From Parcubacteria bacterium C7867-008 (GTDB lineage Bacteria > Patescibacteriota > Minisyncoccia > Phycocordibacterales > Phycocordibacteraceae): a stretch of DNA of 64,000 bases. Shown here one piece after another: positions 9,005 through 19,671 of this stretch (the first letter of the stretch is position 1; every line of letters begins with the position of its first letter). The stretch lies in NCBI GenBank assembly GCA_001189215.1, contig LFCR01000004.1, forward strand, positions 95,391 through 159,390. The letters are read 5' to 3'. The notes beneath the pieces were generated by a model. It saw nothing but the letters and a program-made list of their open reading frames with translations. It ran no database searches and was not told the DNA's origin. A program made the translations under genes and the position numbers.

Positions 9005-9787
9005 TTGAATATGCGTTTTGCGACCATCTTCGCGGCTGCGGCCGTTCTCTCGCTCTCGGCGGGCGCCGCTTTCGCGGACAGCCTGAATGACTTCTCGGCT
9101 CCGTTGACGCTCAGCGCCACTCCGGGGCCGGGCGTCTGGTCCGTCGACCGGTTTCCGCCGGCGACCTTTCAGTCGCAGGTCGCGTACGGCGGCCACGCCA
9201 ACACGCTCGAAATCGGCACCGTCGCGGCCGACTACCACGGCGGCACCTTCACCGACACACAGGGCAGGGCGACGAAGCTCGAGTCTGGGACCACGTTCGT
9301 GAGCGCGCAGATCTACATCGATCCGGGGTACCTCGACACCCGGTCCGATGCGCGTCTCGCGGAACTCTGGGGCGTCGGCACCGACGGCCTCGACATCACT
9401 GCCTACCCCCTTCTCGGGGTGGCGCGGGTGAGCGATCACCTCGAATACAAGGCTTGGAACACTCTCGGTGGCTTCTTCAGCCTCGGGACCATCGCTGCGT
9501 CCGACATCGGCACGTGGCAGACCATCAGCTACAAGCTGGACGGCGCGAACATCCTCTACGGCGCAGGGTCCTTCACCGGCATGACCGGGGCTCTGGGCAC
9601 CACGAGCTTCGACAGCGCCATCGTGCAGGCCATCAATACCGGCGGCAATCGCACGCACCACTTCGACAACCTGTTCACCAGCACCGGCGCGGTTCCCGAA
9701 CCGGCGACCTGGGCGATGATGATCCTGGGCTTCGGCGGCGTAGGCCTCACGGTCCGCCGGCGCCGCGGCGTCATGGCGGTGGCCTAG
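9005..9787 (+). CDS. PEP-CTERM sorting-signal protein (secreted), GC-rich
   Basis: Signal peptide MRFATIFAAAAVLSLSAGAAFA; C-terminal AVPEPATWAMMILGFGGVGLTVRRRRG, identical PEP-TM core to the gene at 7871-8641. Confidence 0.75.
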   Translation: MNMRFATIFAAAAVLSLSAGAAFADSLNDFSAPLTLSATPGPGVWSVDRFPPATFQSQVAYGGHANTLEIGTVAADYHGGTFTDTQGRATKLESGTTFVSAQIYIDPGYLDTRSDARLAELWGVGTDGLDITAYPLLGVARVSDHLEYKAWNTLGGFFSLGTIAASDIGTWQTISYKLDGANILYGAGSFTGMTGALGTTSFDSAIVQAINTGGNRTHHFDNLFTSTGAVPEPATWAMMILGFGGVGLTVRRRRGVMAVA

Positions 9788-9833
9788 CCACCCCGAACGA
9801 CAAGATCGACCTCAAGGTCGACAACCAACACTT

Positions 9834-9863
9834 GGGCCCGCTTTGTTGCGGGCCCATTCTTTT
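9834..9863 (+). terminator. intrinsic terminator
   Basis: GGGCCCGCTTTGTTGCGGGCCC followed by ATTCTTTT. Confidence 0.6.
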
Positions 9864-9875
9864 ATATTGCTGTAT

Positions 9876-9903
9876 TTGACATTTAATATATTTTGTGTAT
9901 ATT
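9876..9903 (+). promoter_or_regulatory. sigma70-like promoter (TTGACA-16-TATATT)
   Basis: TTGACA at 9876-9881 and TATATT at 9898-9903. It overlaps the ATG given by the ORF track, so the real start of the downstream gene is probably the GTG at 9932. Confidence 0.4.
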
Positions 9904-9931
9904 GTGTGAGGTAAATGGGGAGTATGAACAC

Positions 9932-10285
9932 GTGGAGAGAGATTACCTGAGGGTAGTTGGAACAGCGCCGGCACATCTGCCGGACTACAACTACGAAGAT
10001 CGAATTGAAGACCTGCGGGGACTTCTATGGGCTGCCTGCAAGCGCGGGCAACAGCATCTGATCGATGACATCGCCGTGCGTGCGCATCTTGCGCCCAGCA
10101 CTGTCGAGGCTTTCGTGTTCGGTCAGACAAAAAGACCGCAAGATCGCACGGTCTTCGAGATCGCGAAAGCCATCGGCTTTCGGATGGCGCTCATCCCCTT
10201 ATCGGTCCCGAAGCTTCGGGAAGAATTGGATCGCGGGAACCTTCCTGATGATCTGCCGAGAAGGAAGACACCCTTCAAGTCGTAG
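9932..10285 (+). CDS. HTH (XRE/Cro-like) DNA-binding protein, GC-rich
   Basis: IAVRAHLAPSTVEAFVFGQTKRPQDRTVFEIAKAIGF looks like helix-turn-helix. ORF track starts at ATG 9893, but GTG 9932 is preceded by GGGGAG at a 9-nt spacing. Confidence 0.45.
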   Translation: MERDYLRVVGTAPAHLPDYNYEDRIEDLRGLLWAACKRGQQHLIDDIAVRAHLAPSTVEAFVFGQTKRPQDRTVFEIAKAIGFRMALIPLSVPKLREELDRGNLPDDLPRRKTPFKS

Positions 10286-10306
10286 GGTGATGGAACCAAT
10301 TCAAAA

Positions 10307-10340
10307 GGCCGGCGGGGCAACCCGTCGGCCATTTTCTATT
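10307..10340 (+). terminator. intrinsic terminator
   Basis: GGCCGGCGGGGCAACCCGTCGGCC plus ATTTTCTATT. Confidence 0.55.
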
Positions 10341-10349
10341 TGAATCAGA

Positions 10350-10466
10350 CTACTTAGCCTGTGCTGCCTTACGAGCAAGCTTCACAGCGATGCGCTTAGC
10401 AGTCTTCTGTGGGTGCTTGTGTGGGCGCTTAGGGCTTACACCCTGCTTCCTCTTGTTTCGTGCCAT
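10350..10466 (-). CDS. small highly basic protein (38 aa; possibly ribosome-associated)
   Basis: MARNKRKQGVSPKRPHKHPQKTAKRIAVKLARKAAQAK from the internal Met of ORF 10350-10637; the long ORF overlaps the receiver gene and is implausible as called. Confidence 0.25.
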   Translation of the reverse strand: MARNKRKQGVSPKRPHKHPQKTAKRIAVKLARKAAQAK

Positions 10467-10485
10467 ATAGCTTGATACTAACGAT

Positions 10486-10839
10486 TTAAAGCAATTCTGC
10501 AAGCACCGCCTTGAATTCATCCATACCTGCGGGCTTAGTGAGGTGCGCATTGAAACCAGCAGCCAGTGCTTTCTCCTTATCTTCCACCTGTCCGTATCCC
10601 GTGAGCGCAACGGCAGGGAAGGTGAATCCATGCGCACGAAGACCCACGATCACATCGTGACCACTCATATCTGGCATACCAATGTCTATAAAAATAAGAT
10701 CAGGTTCATCAGCTCGGACATGTTCTAGTACATCTTTCCCTGCATAGAGCGCTGAAGTCTCCCACCCTAGAGCATTTAATAGACGAACAAGACCATCCGC
10801 TGCTGCTTCATTATCATCTACCACAAGAAGCTTTTTCAT
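10486..10839 (-). CDS. single-domain response regulator (CheY-like receiver)
   Basis: MKKLLVVDDNE...IFIDIGMPDMSG...LTKP receiver signature. Confidence 0.8.
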   Translation of the reverse strand: MKKLLVVDDNEAAADGLVRLLNALGWETSALYAGKDVLEHVRADEPDLIFIDIGMPDMSGHDVIVGLRAHGFTFPAVALTGYGQVEDKEKALAAGFNAHLTKPAGMDEFKAVLAELL

Positions 10840-10851
10840 ATCGATATCGTA

Positions 10852-11628
10852 TCAGATTGATGGTGCGATAAGTTCGAGCAGTTTTGAGTGAAAGTTTGCG
10901 TTACCAGCACAGACGAATCCTTTAGTCTGGGTATCGTATCGCTGATCGTTACCATATAGATCAGATGTTACTCCTCCTGCTTCTTCAACAATCACTTTAG
11001 CAGCAGCACTGTCCCAAGGATTACCTAGTGGCAACACCACTCCCTGCAGCTGACCACTCGCCACCATCATGCTGGCATATACGGTTGAACTATAGGAGAG
11101 ACATCGAACGCGTTCAATTCGGGCTCGTTCAAAAAAGGTGAGATCTTTAAATCCACTATGCCCATCAGTGGCAATGTAACTACGCGCCAGATCCGCATGA
11201 GATGACGCATTAATTGAGACATCGTTCATACAAGCCCCTTGTCCGCGTACTGCAGAATAGAGACGCTTCGTGTATGGGTCGTATACCACACCAAGCACCG
11301 GTACTCCATTTTCAGTTAAGCCAAGTGAGAATACGTTTGTGGGTACACCTCGTAAGAAGGCAGCAGTGCCATCTATCGGATCAAAGACCCAGGTGTACGT
11401 ACTTCCTTCTTGTATCTGTTTACCCTCCTCACCCAAAAGACTATGCTCTGGATAGGCTTCACTTAAGCGCTTAATGACCAATTCTTGAATCAATTCATCT
11501 GCTTTAGTGAGAGGGGAGTGGTCATCTTTAAAGGTGTGACGCATACCCAGTTCAAAGTATTGCGTCATTACCACGCCAGCTTCTAGCGCGATTTCCTTCG
11601 CGATCTTTAGTTGCTCATCCATTTTCAC
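10852..11628 (-). CDS. inositol monophosphatase family protein
   Basis: WVFDPIDGT motif plus the downstream metal-binding region. Confidence 0.8.
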   Translation of the reverse strand: MKMDEQLKIAKEIALEAGVVMTQYFELGMRHTFKDDHSPLTKADELIQELVIKRLSEAYPEHSLLGEEGKQIQEGSTYTWVFDPIDGTAAFLRGVPTNVFSLGLTENGVPVLGVVYDPYTKRLYSAVRGQGACMNDVSINASSHADLARSYIATDGHSGFKDLTFFERARIERVRCLSYSSTVYASMMVASGQLQGVVLPLGNPWDSAAAKVIVEEAGGVTSDLYGNDQRYDTQTKGFVCAGNANFHSKLLELIAPSI

Positions 11629-11702
11629 GATTGTACCAGAGCAATTATGAAGACTTCATAAACAAAGACCGCCCGCCGAGAATTCGGCGGGCGGGGCGAT
11701 CC

Positions 11703-12332
11703 TTAAGGGGCAACAAAGGGCTTGTCGTTTACGTACCAGCGACGGTTGATAGTGACGCCGCTGTCACGCGTAAAGGGAATCATAATTCCAGGCGAAAGCA
11801 GGACTGTTTCAATGACGAACCAGTACGTCTGGACTTCACTCTCCATTCCCGCATACGCCTTTGAGCGGCGAATATGCTTCGTAACCAAGCCGGTGCGTTG
11901 AATCCTTTTACGGCTCAGCACTTCGGTTTTAACCTTTAGCTCCTCACGCATTCCGCGCAGAAGTCCATCAAGTGGTTTTTCGAGGTAGTGTAGCGTTTCC
12001 GAGAACGAGAAAACCTCAAGAGGTAACTCACCCTCGAAATTAGGTATTGTATTACCGTTTAGGTACGTCCGGCTTGTTTCTACGAGAACAGCATCCATCG
12101 CAGGGTTTCGTATGATCCCCTTCACATTTTTTGCTCTACGACGCGCAATGCCTGTATCTTGATCCTGATAGATGTCGATTTCTCGACCATTCAGTTCTTC
12201 ATACAGATCTACATGTCGTTTGTTACCAACCTTATCAAAGTCCTGAATGGCTATCCTCGGTTCACATGAAGCGAGGAACGCTTGCATCTCCTGTAGCGAA
12301 CAGGAGTGACTTAGGGTGCGCAGCGCGCTCAT
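11703..12332 (-). CDS. hypothetical protein
   Basis: 209-aa ORF on the same strand as its neighbours; no motif recognised. Confidence 0.4.
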   Translation of the reverse strand: MSALRTLSHSCSLQEMQAFLASCEPRIAIQDFDKVGNKRHVDLYEELNGREIDIYQDQDTGIARRRAKNVKGIIRNPAMDAVLVETSRTYLNGNTIPNFEGELPLEVFSFSETLHYLEKPLDGLLRGMREELKVKTEVLSRKRIQRTGLVTKHIRRSKAYAGMESEVQTYWFVIETVLLSPGIMIPFTRDSGVTINRRWYVNDKPFVAP

Positions 12333-12399
12333 GGTCTTGTCCTGTTACTAGGGGTCAAATCTAAAGTGACCGTATCAGAAAACTTGTCTTTTGTAAAAT

Positions 12400-14022
12400 C
12401 TATGTCGTTGCCACAGGAAGGCGAACCACAAACTCACTTCCTTTACCAAGCCCTTCACTTTTTGCGATAACAGTACCACCATGCACTTCAACAAAGCTCT
12501 TCACGAGTGCTAAACCGATACCTAATCCTTTCTGCGTACGTGCTCCAGTACCCACCTGGTGGAATGGGGTGAAGATGTTATCAAGTGATCCGGTTGCTAT
12601 ACCCACACCCTGGTCTTTAATCGAAATAAGAATCTCTTTGTGTTGCTTCGTAACAGAAATACTAATCTGATCACCTGAATCAGAGTACTTCGATGCGTTA
12701 GTAATAAGGTTAGAGAAGATTTGCTCCAGTCGTACGGGATCACCTTCAACGACGAGACCTTTCTTAAGACCCTTTGTTACCAATGTTTGGTGACGTTCAT
12801 ACACATGATGCTCCGTTGAAAGAATCGCACGAGGAAGAATACTGTTAAGATCTACGCGCTCATGCCGTATAGATATCTTTCCCTCTGAAATACGAGATAC
12901 ATCGAGAAGATCATCGAGAAGACGACGAACGGTTTTCATCCGATCATTCATCATTTCTAGTGTTTCAATTTCTTCTTTGTCTCGGCCACTTTTGATACGA
13001 AGTAGATCAATAGCACTCACCACCGGTGCAAGTGGGTTGCGAAGTTCATGCGCCAGGATAGCAATGAATTCATTTTTTGCACGAGATTCAGTACTAATAC
13101 GCGCAACAGCATTCTCAAGCGTTGCCACTTGGGAACGCATGAGATTGGTGTTCAACCGTCGATCTTCTTCAAGTGCAACAATGATAAGGAATATGATCGA
13201 ACGCGTGATAAGGAGTACTTCCATCTCAAACATGAGTGTTGGAAGCACTTCAGGGCTTGCATGCATGAGCACGCTGCCAATAGCAAATATGGAAGTTATA
13301 AGCAGCGCGAGAGTAACAAACCGTGGTCGTAAACGAAGCGCAATCCAGAAGAGGGGAATTGAAAGGAAATAGCTTAGTGGCACACCTCCCACCGTTGTCA
13401 CTCCTTCTACATACAACACATAGTTCAGCGCAATAAGGATAATGAACACAGTCATGGTCTCAAGGATCTCTAGCGGCCCACGACTAAATCGTCGCTTTGC
13501 ACACCACCGCAACACCAGTGGTACTCCTATCAAGAGACAGAAAATCATCGCACCATACGCCTGACCCCACTGCGTGAGCGTATAGAACGTACCAACACCT
13601 AGATACCAGATAGCAGTTAGCGTAGGGGTTATTAGTGCAACCAAAAATACCGTTGCGATAAGACTGAATACGTCACGGTACCTACGAAACAGAGGATCAA
13701 CCTTCGCTTTACGAAGTAGATATGCACCTACAACAGACTGAAGGGTAATAATTGTTGCCGAAACAATACCAAAGACTCCATCAACTCCTGTTGCGTAGCT
13801 GGCAACTAACACCGCACCAAAGACAAACACCCACAGACGCTCACCGAGAAAAAAGAGTAGCGCCATTGCAATACCCGCTGCCGGAATAAACGGTACGGTA
13901 GGAGGGACTAGATAGGCAGCTGCCGCCGTTATTGTGACGTATATAAAGAGAAATATGCCACCAAGTAGATACTCTCGGCGCGTGAAGCGTATTAGCGGAG
14001 GAATAGATAGTAAGTTCCTCAT
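12400..14022 (-). CDS. membrane sensor histidine kinase
   Basis: Multiple N-terminal TM helices; H-box ILAHELRNPL; HATPase_c G-boxes (DQGVGI, GLGIGLALVK). Confidence 0.85.
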   Translation of the reverse strand: MRNLLSIPPLIRFTRREYLLGGIFLFIYVTITAAAAYLVPPTVPFIPAAGIAMALLFFLGERLWVFVFGAVLVASYATGVDGVFGIVSATIITLQSVVGAYLLRKAKVDPLFRRYRDVFSLIATVFLVALITPTLTAIWYLGVGTFYTLTQWGQAYGAMIFCLLIGVPLVLRWCAKRRFSRGPLEILETMTVFIILIALNYVLYVEGVTTVGGVPLSYFLSIPLFWIALRLRPRFVTLALLITSIFAIGSVLMHASPEVLPTLMFEMEVLLITRSIIFLIIVALEEDRRLNTNLMRSQVATLENAVARISTESRAKNEFIAILAHELRNPLAPVVSAIDLLRIKSGRDKEEIETLEMMNDRMKTVRRLLDDLLDVSRISEGKISIRHERVDLNSILPRAILSTEHHVYERHQTLVTKGLKKGLVVEGDPVRLEQIFSNLITNASKYSDSGDQISISVTKQHKEILISIKDQGVGIATGSLDNIFTPFHQVGTGARTQKGLGIGLALVKSFVEVHGGTVIAKSEGLGKGSEFVVRLPVATT

Positions 14023-14081
14023 GAAGTTACCGGTGTCATTGTACTCCTATATACCTTGTAGATGGTAGACTTTTAGTATCG

Positions 14082-16424
14082 ATGGCGGACTCTGAACTAT
14101 TGATGAACATACGTGAACGATTGGCGCGCGGCGAAGACGAAACGAAGATCCGTGAGTCTCTAAAAGGCAAAAAGTGGAGCGAACCAGATGTTAATGGGGC
14201 AATTGCCGTAGCGAAGCTTCGTATGAAAGCAGGAGGGCGTTTCTCTGCAGTATCGGAAGTTCGCAGCACAAGAGCAGGTGGTAACGGCCTTGTTTTCAAC
14301 ATAGTAATGGTAGTGATATTGCTGGTAAGTGCACCGGTAGCCTACGGTGTGTATACCGGGTACATTCCGCCCGTACCCCTTCCAAATTCAGTGAACGAGA
14401 TAGCATTTGAAAGCCAGAACGCTAGCACTACTGATTCGCTATTTGATACTCCGTTTGATATTACGCAGCTCATACCAGTTGGAAAGGGTCCCAGACAGCT
14501 TGCCAACAATGACCCGACTCCTGCACCTGTTGCGACTAAACCCATTGGTTCATCGGCACCCAATCCTACGCCAGTTACGGTAACAAGTACTCCAGAACCT
14601 GCATCTACTCCTACTGCTTCAGAAGATCCTGCTCCAACTATTACGTTCGGAGTAAATGCAACAAGTGCCGTATCAGGAGATGTTGTTACCTTCACCTGGG
14701 ACGCCCAGAACGCCACGGTTTGTAACGGATCAGGATTCAATACCGGCTCGCGTGTAAGCGGTAGTGTCAACAAACGAGTAAGCGCTTCTTCCGTATTCAG
14801 GATCAGCTGTACCAACGCCACCCGCAGTGCAAAAGCAGAGGTGTCTATAAGAGTTTCTCCTAAAGTTCCCAAACCTCCCACTCCTGCACCTACTCCAACA
14901 CCGACTCCTACTCCTACACCAAGCCCCACACCTTCACCAACTCCAAGTCCCACCCCAACACCAACTCCTACACCTGTTCCAGTACCTTCGCCAACACCAA
15001 CAGGTACCTATAGTGTTTATTCAGGGTGCGAATCACCTTCAACAACCTTTGCACGCACCATCTACTTTGATCCCGTAAACGGTAACGACACCACCGGAAC
15101 CGGTGCAAGCAGTCTTCCATTTAAAACACTACAAGGAACTATAAATCTCAAAAAGATACTTCCAAATGATCACTTAGTACTGATGCCTGGTACCCATCCA
15201 GGACTTCTAACAAGTGCACTCCACCAACCAGCTCTCGCAGCAACATCAAAATGGGTGTGGCTTGATTTCCAGCCGGGTGCCGTTATGGACGGTGGCATCA
15301 ATCTAACTGATATGAAGCGTTGGCTTATCACTAAGCCTGAGATGACAAGCACCACCAAGCAAACAATTCTTATATTCACTGCCCGTGGTTCTAACATAGT
15401 TGTTGCAGATGGATTCTTTTACACTGAAAAAGGTTCTCCAACAGGATGGGATGTGGCTAAGTGGGGTAAAGCAAATAGCGGCATAACTACAGACACTACC
15501 ACCTGCGTATCTATACTCCGTAATCGCTTCAAGAACATGCTTGGCGGTATTACCGTAAATACACGTACGGCGTCTCCTGACGCTTCAAAAAACAGTATTA
15601 AAGCTATTATCAGTCAGAACATTATTCAAAATATCTCTGCCGATGGCATACGTCCTCTAGGTTCGGACTTTATCGTGTCGCACAACACTGTCCTAGACCA
15701 ATACCTTGATCGTGATGTTGATCCAAACCACGATGACGCCCTCCAGATGTATGCGCTCGGTGGTATCCAGTATGAAAACATCATTATTGATCACAACTGG
15801 ATGCAAGAGACGACTGATCCAAGTCGAAAGTACATTAGTGGTATGCAGGGCATCTCATCCTTTGATGGGGTAATCAAGAATATGCAAATAACAAACAATG
15901 TTGTTATCACCTCTGTATGGCAGGCAATTGCGTGGTACGGCATTCAAGACAGCGTTATTGACCACAACACGGTCGTGAATTACACCAACAACGGAAGACC
16001 GTCCTGGATTATGACCCACGACGGGAAGGATGGATCGCATGTGGTGAATGTAGCTCTCACCAATAATGCAGCAGCAGGTGTGTATGGTTCCGTGGGGGTC
16101 ACCACAGAATCAAATAACATCACCGTTCCAAACCCAGCAGCGGTATACACCACCTTTAATCCTGCAGGTAACAGTTATAATTTCACACCAAAACCAGGAA
16201 GCATTCTTGATGGAAAGGGCGCTGGTGTGGGGGGAGGAACTCGACCCCTCTCTCTTGAAACTTCTAGACGTCCTGCCTACGCAGTAGCATCACCAGCAGA
16301 CGTTTCTAAAGCACCCGCACAGAGCAAACTCGTAGCTTCTGTATACAATGGCGCTTCGTGGTTGGGGGATGCTTGGCATACCTTCTGGTCTTGGCTCGTA
16401 GGTTTCTTTGCTACAATTACATAA
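14082..16424 (+). CDS. large surface protein: N-terminal conserved domain, TM, Pro/Thr-repeat linker, right-handed beta-helix-like domain
   Basis: [17 protein letters not shown] low-complexity linker; NN..I...W/IDHN repeats typical of a parallel beta-helix. Paralog of the next gene. Confidence 0.65.
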   Translation: MADSELLMNIRERLARGEDETKIRESLKGKKWSEPDVNGAIAVAKLRMKAGGRFSAVSEVRSTRAGGNGLVFNIVMVVILLVSAPVAYGVYTGYIPPVPLPNSVNEIAFESQNASTTDSLFDTPFDITQLIPVGKGPRQLANNDPTPAPVATKPIGSSAPNPTPVTVTSTPEPASTPTASEDPAPTITFGVNATSAVSGDVVTFTWDAQNATVCNGSGFNTGSRVSGSVNKRVSASSVFRISCTNATRSAKAEVSIRVSPKVPKPPTPAPTPTPTPTPTPSPTPSPTPSPTPTPTPTPVPVPSPTPTGTYSVYSGCESPSTTFARTIYFDPVNGNDTTGTGASSLPFKTLQGTINLKKILPNDHLVLMPGTHPGLLTSALHQPALAATSKWVWLDFQPGAVMDGGINLTDMKRWLITKPEMTSTTKQTILIFTARGSNIVVADGFFYTEKGSPTGWDVAKWGKANSGITTDTTTCVSILRNRFKNMLGGITVNTRTASPDASKNSIKAIISQNIIQNISADGIRPLGSDFIVSHNTVLDQYLDRDVDPNHDDALQMYALGGIQYENIIIDHNWMQETTDPSRKYISGMQGISSFDGVIKNMQITNNVVITSVWQAIAWYGIQDSVIDHNTVVNYTNNGRPSWIMTHDGKDGSHVVNVALTNNAAAGVYGSVGVTTESNNITVPNPAAVYTTFNPAGNSYNFTPKPGSILDGKGAGVGGGTRPLSLETSRRPAYAVASPADVSKAPAQSKLVASVYNGASWLGDAWHTFWSWLVGFFATIT

Positions 16425-16448
16425 ACACCTCGGTACACTCTACGTATT

Positions 16449-18536
16449 ATGTCGGACGACGAACTTTTTAAAGCAATAGCGCAAAAGCTATCTGCTGGAA
16501 TACCGGAAGATGAGATACACAAATCATTTGATTCTCGCTGGGCTCCACAAGATATTAATGGGGCAATTGCTGTTTGGAAACTTCGCAATAAGTCTTTCAC
16601 ACTAACTAAACAAATTCCTCAAACCGCATACCACAAACCTTGGGAGGGCAACTCCTTCTTTCAGTTCTTTGTTATCGCCATACTTCTGGTCTCAGCACCA
16701 GGCGCGTATGGTCTAGTTACCGGCTTCCTTCTACCAACCGTACAGAATGATCCAATTAAAGCGGATTCGGTTAAAGAGTCCTATGAGTTATTGCGCGATG
16801 TTCCTTCACTAATTCCCGTAGCGCCCTTGGGAACCATTCTTCCTACAAAAAATACCCTTGCACCGATTGCTCAAGTTCCTACAAATGAAGTTCTGGCCAC
16901 TCCAACAACACCTGTTGCTACTCCTTCCAATATCACCCCCGCACCGACGGTTTCATTTAGCGTAAACACAAAGAGTGTTACGACTGGTTCACGTGTCACC
17001 CTTGAATGGAGTTCGGCAACGGCAAAGTCTTGTGTCGGTGCCAACTTTGATACCGGAGGCGTTGCAACTGGTTCATTGCGCAAGACACTATCAGTTACCA
17101 CTACCTACAGCATCACTTGCACCAATGCGGGCGGCACAACGACACGAAATGTTACCGTCTCTGCAACCAATAAGCAGGGTACCCTCATTCCAAATCCCGC
17201 TCCCGTTCCAACACCAACACCCGAGCCAGATCCCACACCAACTCCGACCCCTACTCCTACACCTACGCCCGTACCTACTCCTACACCAACCCCTGCGCCT
17301 ACTCCAACACCGACCCCTGCACCGACTCCTACACCAACCCCTGCGCCTACTCCGACTCCAGGTTCAACAGTTGTCGTACACAGCTATGTAGAAGCTATTG
17401 CTGCACTTAAAGCCGTTCAAGGCAAAGGAAATATCACGGTCCAATTTGCACCTGGAAACTACGGTGACGTAACATTCGGTGGAACCTATGAAAGTGGGTT
17501 TGCATATAACAAAGGGTTTGATTTCCCAACACCCGTAACTATCACCTCACAAAGCAATTCAAGCAGAGCGGTGTTCAGTAGAATACTTGTTAGCTACAGC
17601 AAAGGAATAATTATTAGTAATGTGGACGTTAGTCGCGATAGCTATGTTTCTCAGATTGTATATGTATCTAATTCTGCAAATGTCACCCTTGCTGGTTTAA
17701 AGATTACGGGCTCGCCAGATCTGGGCTCTACTGGTATTAGTACTCGCAACAATACCGACATAACAATCCGTAATAGTGAAGTTACCAGAGTCGGTAACGG
17801 TATTGGTTCATACCAAGATCCTGGACCGGTCTCGATCCTTTATAACCACGTGCACAACGTCGCAACCGATGCTATTGATGTGTACTACCAGCGTGGTATC
17901 GCAACCATAAAGGGAAATTACGCGCATGATTTCACTGTACAAGCTGGTTCGCACCCAGACTGTTTCCAAACATCATCAGGAGGAAGCAACACTAAACTGT
18001 ACGCAAATGAGAATCTTTGTGTTCGAGGCTCCGCTACCGGAGTACCGCAAGGTGTCTTTATAGGAAGTGAGAAAACAGGCACTGTTGAAATGAACGACAA
18101 CATGGTCGTGTGCGGTCTGTATAATGCAATCGCCGTATCAGAAGCGGGAGGCGGTACCATATCTGGCAACGAAGTTATCAACTGTCCTGATTATGGTGGT
18201 TGGATCAGATACCAAAATAGTGACAATCTCACCATAAGTAATAACGTATCGCCCCAATACGTTGGTGTTGGAACAAATACCAATACAGTATTTAGCAACA
18301 ACAGTACTACATCCCCAGGTGTCTCTAATTCTTCTGGCGCAGCAGATCGTATTGCTGCATGGCGCGCACGTCATCCGCAGGTTCCAGGGGATTCCTATAC
18401 TCCTACATACAGCCTTCTGGAAAGAGTTATGCGTTCATTTGCTGAAGCAACAGGAGCCTTCATGCTTGCACTAGAGAGTGTGGGGAAGTCTGCACTAGCA
18501 TCCGTATTTGAATCCCTTCGTTTCTCTGCTTGGTAG
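16449..18536 (+). CDS. paralogous surface protein with PT-repeat linker and beta-helix-like domain
   Basis: N-terminus ([23 protein letters not shown]...[12 protein letters not shown]) parallels [23 protein letters not shown]...[12 protein letters not shown] of the upstream gene; [12 protein letters not shown] linker. Confidence 0.65.
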   Translation: MSDDELFKAIAQKLSAGIPEDEIHKSFDSRWAPQDINGAIAVWKLRNKSFTLTKQIPQTAYHKPWEGNSFFQFFVIAILLVSAPGAYGLVTGFLLPTVQNDPIKADSVKESYELLRDVPSLIPVAPLGTILPTKNTLAPIAQVPTNEVLATPTTPVATPSNITPAPTVSFSVNTKSVTTGSRVTLEWSSATAKSCVGANFDTGGVATGSLRKTLSVTTTYSITCTNAGGTTTRNVTVSATNKQGTLIPNPAPVPTPTPEPDPTPTPTPTPTPTPVPTPTPTPAPTPTPTPAPTPTPTPAPTPTPGSTVVVHSYVEAIAALKAVQGKGNITVQFAPGNYGDVTFGGTYESGFAYNKGFDFPTPVTITSQSNSSRAVFSRILVSYSKGIIISNVDVSRDSYVSQIVYVSNSANVTLAGLKITGSPDLGSTGISTRNNTDITIRNSEVTRVGNGIGSYQDPGPVSILYNHVHNVATDAIDVYYQRGIATIKGNYAHDFTVQAGSHPDCFQTSSGGSNTKLYANENLCVRGSATGVPQGVFIGSEKTGTVEMNDNMVVCGLYNAIAVSEAGGGTISGNEVINCPDYGGWIRYQNSDNLTISNNVSPQYVGVGTNTNTVFSNNSTTSPGVSNSSGAADRIAAWRARHPQVPGDSYTPTYSLLERVMRSFAEATGAFMLALESVGKSALASVFESLRFSAW

Positions 18537-18575
18537 GCAGAGGCATTTGCAAAAGGGAATGTATATAAAATGAAA

Positions 18576-18598
18576 GACCGGGTCGCAATGACCCGGTC
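18576..18598. terminator. bidirectional intrinsic terminator hairpin
   Basis: GACCGGGTCGCAATGACCCGGTC flanked by A-run and T-run. Confidence 0.55.
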
Positions 18599-18636
18599 TA
18601 ACGAACGCTTGTACTGTAGTTTGGTCGAGGTGACCG

Positions 18637-18942
18637 TTAGCCCTGGTGCTTGCCGGCGCCGACCAGGAAGGTCGGGGTGACGGTGACCTTCCACGACATC
18701 GCGGCCGTCGGCGTCGAGGTCATGGCGCCGGTCAGCGGGAAGAGCAGTTCACAGTCGCCGTAGGTCTCGATCGGGTTGCCGTCGGAATCCGTCGGCGGCC
18801 CCCAGGTGTTGCAGTCGAAGCTGACGATCGGCGGATCGCCCGGGCCGAAGACGGTCTGCGCCTGGGCAGCGACGGGCGCGACGACGGTGGTGGCGGCCAG
18901 AGCAAGAGCGGCGACGGTGCCGCGGAGAGTCGAACGGTTCAT
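18637..18942 (-). CDS. secreted hypothetical protein, GC-rich
   Basis: Start chosen at internal Met MNRSTLRGTVAALALAATTVVAPVAAQA (signal peptide); GC-rich block. Confidence 0.4.
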   Translation of the reverse strand: MNRSTLRGTVAALALAATTVVAPVAAQAQTVFGPGDPPIVSFDCNTWGPPTDSDGNPIETYGDCELLFPLTGAMTSTPTAAMSWKVTVTPTFLVGAGKHQG

Positions 18943-19047
18943 GAACAAGTCCTCGTTTGGTGTGCAGTGTCCCCCTTTTGGGTCACCTGGCATTTATATA
19001 ACATAGTATATAAATATTGGCAAGGGGTTTGTATTAAGACATGAAAT

Positions 19048-19111
19048 AGATATAAAAGAAGCCGCCCGGGAGTGACGACGAAGGGTTTCCCTTCGTGTAC
19101 TCCCAGGCGAC
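19048..19111 (-). terminator. intrinsic terminator (long imperfect hairpin)
   Basis: GCCGCCCGGGAGTGACGACGAAGGG TTT CCCTTCGTGTACTCCCAGGCGAC; T-run on the minus strand. Confidence 0.45.
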
Positions 19112-19116
19112 CGGTA

Positions 19117-19539
19117 TCAGATGTCTGATTGTCTCAAACTACGCACGAACTCCACCAGAGCCGAACGGGACACTCCGCGAGGGAGTTGCCCGTAGGCCTT
19201 GAGCAGTTCAAGCGCTCCGGGCTCAGCTAGCAGCGCAGCGACTTCGTCGATGATGCCACTGCTGACTGAGTTTTCGCCGAACATTTCGGCGACCGGCACG
19301 TTCAGGGTCTTGGCGATCCTTGTCAGCATAGAAGCAGATACGCGATTGGCGCCCCGCTCGTACTTCTGGATCTGCTGGAAAGTAACTCCAGCGGCCTCTG
19401 CCAGCGCTTGCTGACTGAGACCCCGCACCTTCCTGAGCAGCCGAATGCGCGCCCCAACGGCGACATCAACTGGGTCAGGAGATGTATCTGGTCTGTTAGC
19501 CAAGTACTGCTCTCCATTTACATGAGGAAGTTTCCTCAT
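19117..19539 (-). CDS. XRE-family HTH transcriptional regulator, GC-rich
   Basis: LRKVRGLSQQALAEAAGVTFQQIQKYERGANRVSASMLTRIAKTL is a classic HTH_XRE. Confidence 0.7.
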   Translation of the reverse strand: MRKLPHVNGEQYLANRPDTSPDPVDVAVGARIRLLRKVRGLSQQALAEAAGVTFQQIQKYERGANRVSASMLTRIAKTLNVPVAEMFGENSVSSGIIDEVAALLAEPGALELLKAYGQLPRGVSRSALVEFVRSLRQSDI

Positions 19540-19671
19540 GTAAAACTCTACACTAGAAATAGTATAAAGTCAATGCTTATACAGGATATTTCTACTGTAA
19601 ACTATCCACAGGTAATGGGGTGCGCAGGGATAAAAGTGCCATACTTTATATACAGATTTAATCTAAATGAC

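Noticed and set aside
7826-9879. ORF-track ORFs 7826-8635(+), 8873-9661(-) and 9454-9879(+) in the GC-rich islet
   Set aside because: They are antisense to or overlap the PEP-CTERM genes, which have clear signal peptides and sorting motifs. Long spurious ORFs are expected in GC-rich DNA.
9893-9931. ATG 9893 as the start of the HTH gene
   Set aside because: It lies inside a good TTGACA-16-TATATT promoter. GTG 9932 with an upstream GGGGAG is the more plausible start, though this is uncertain.
10350-10637. Full 95-aa ORF 10350-10637 (-)
   Set aside because: It overlaps the response-regulator gene on the same strand in another frame. Only the 38-aa C-terminal basic peptide from the internal Met is plausible, and even that has low confidence.
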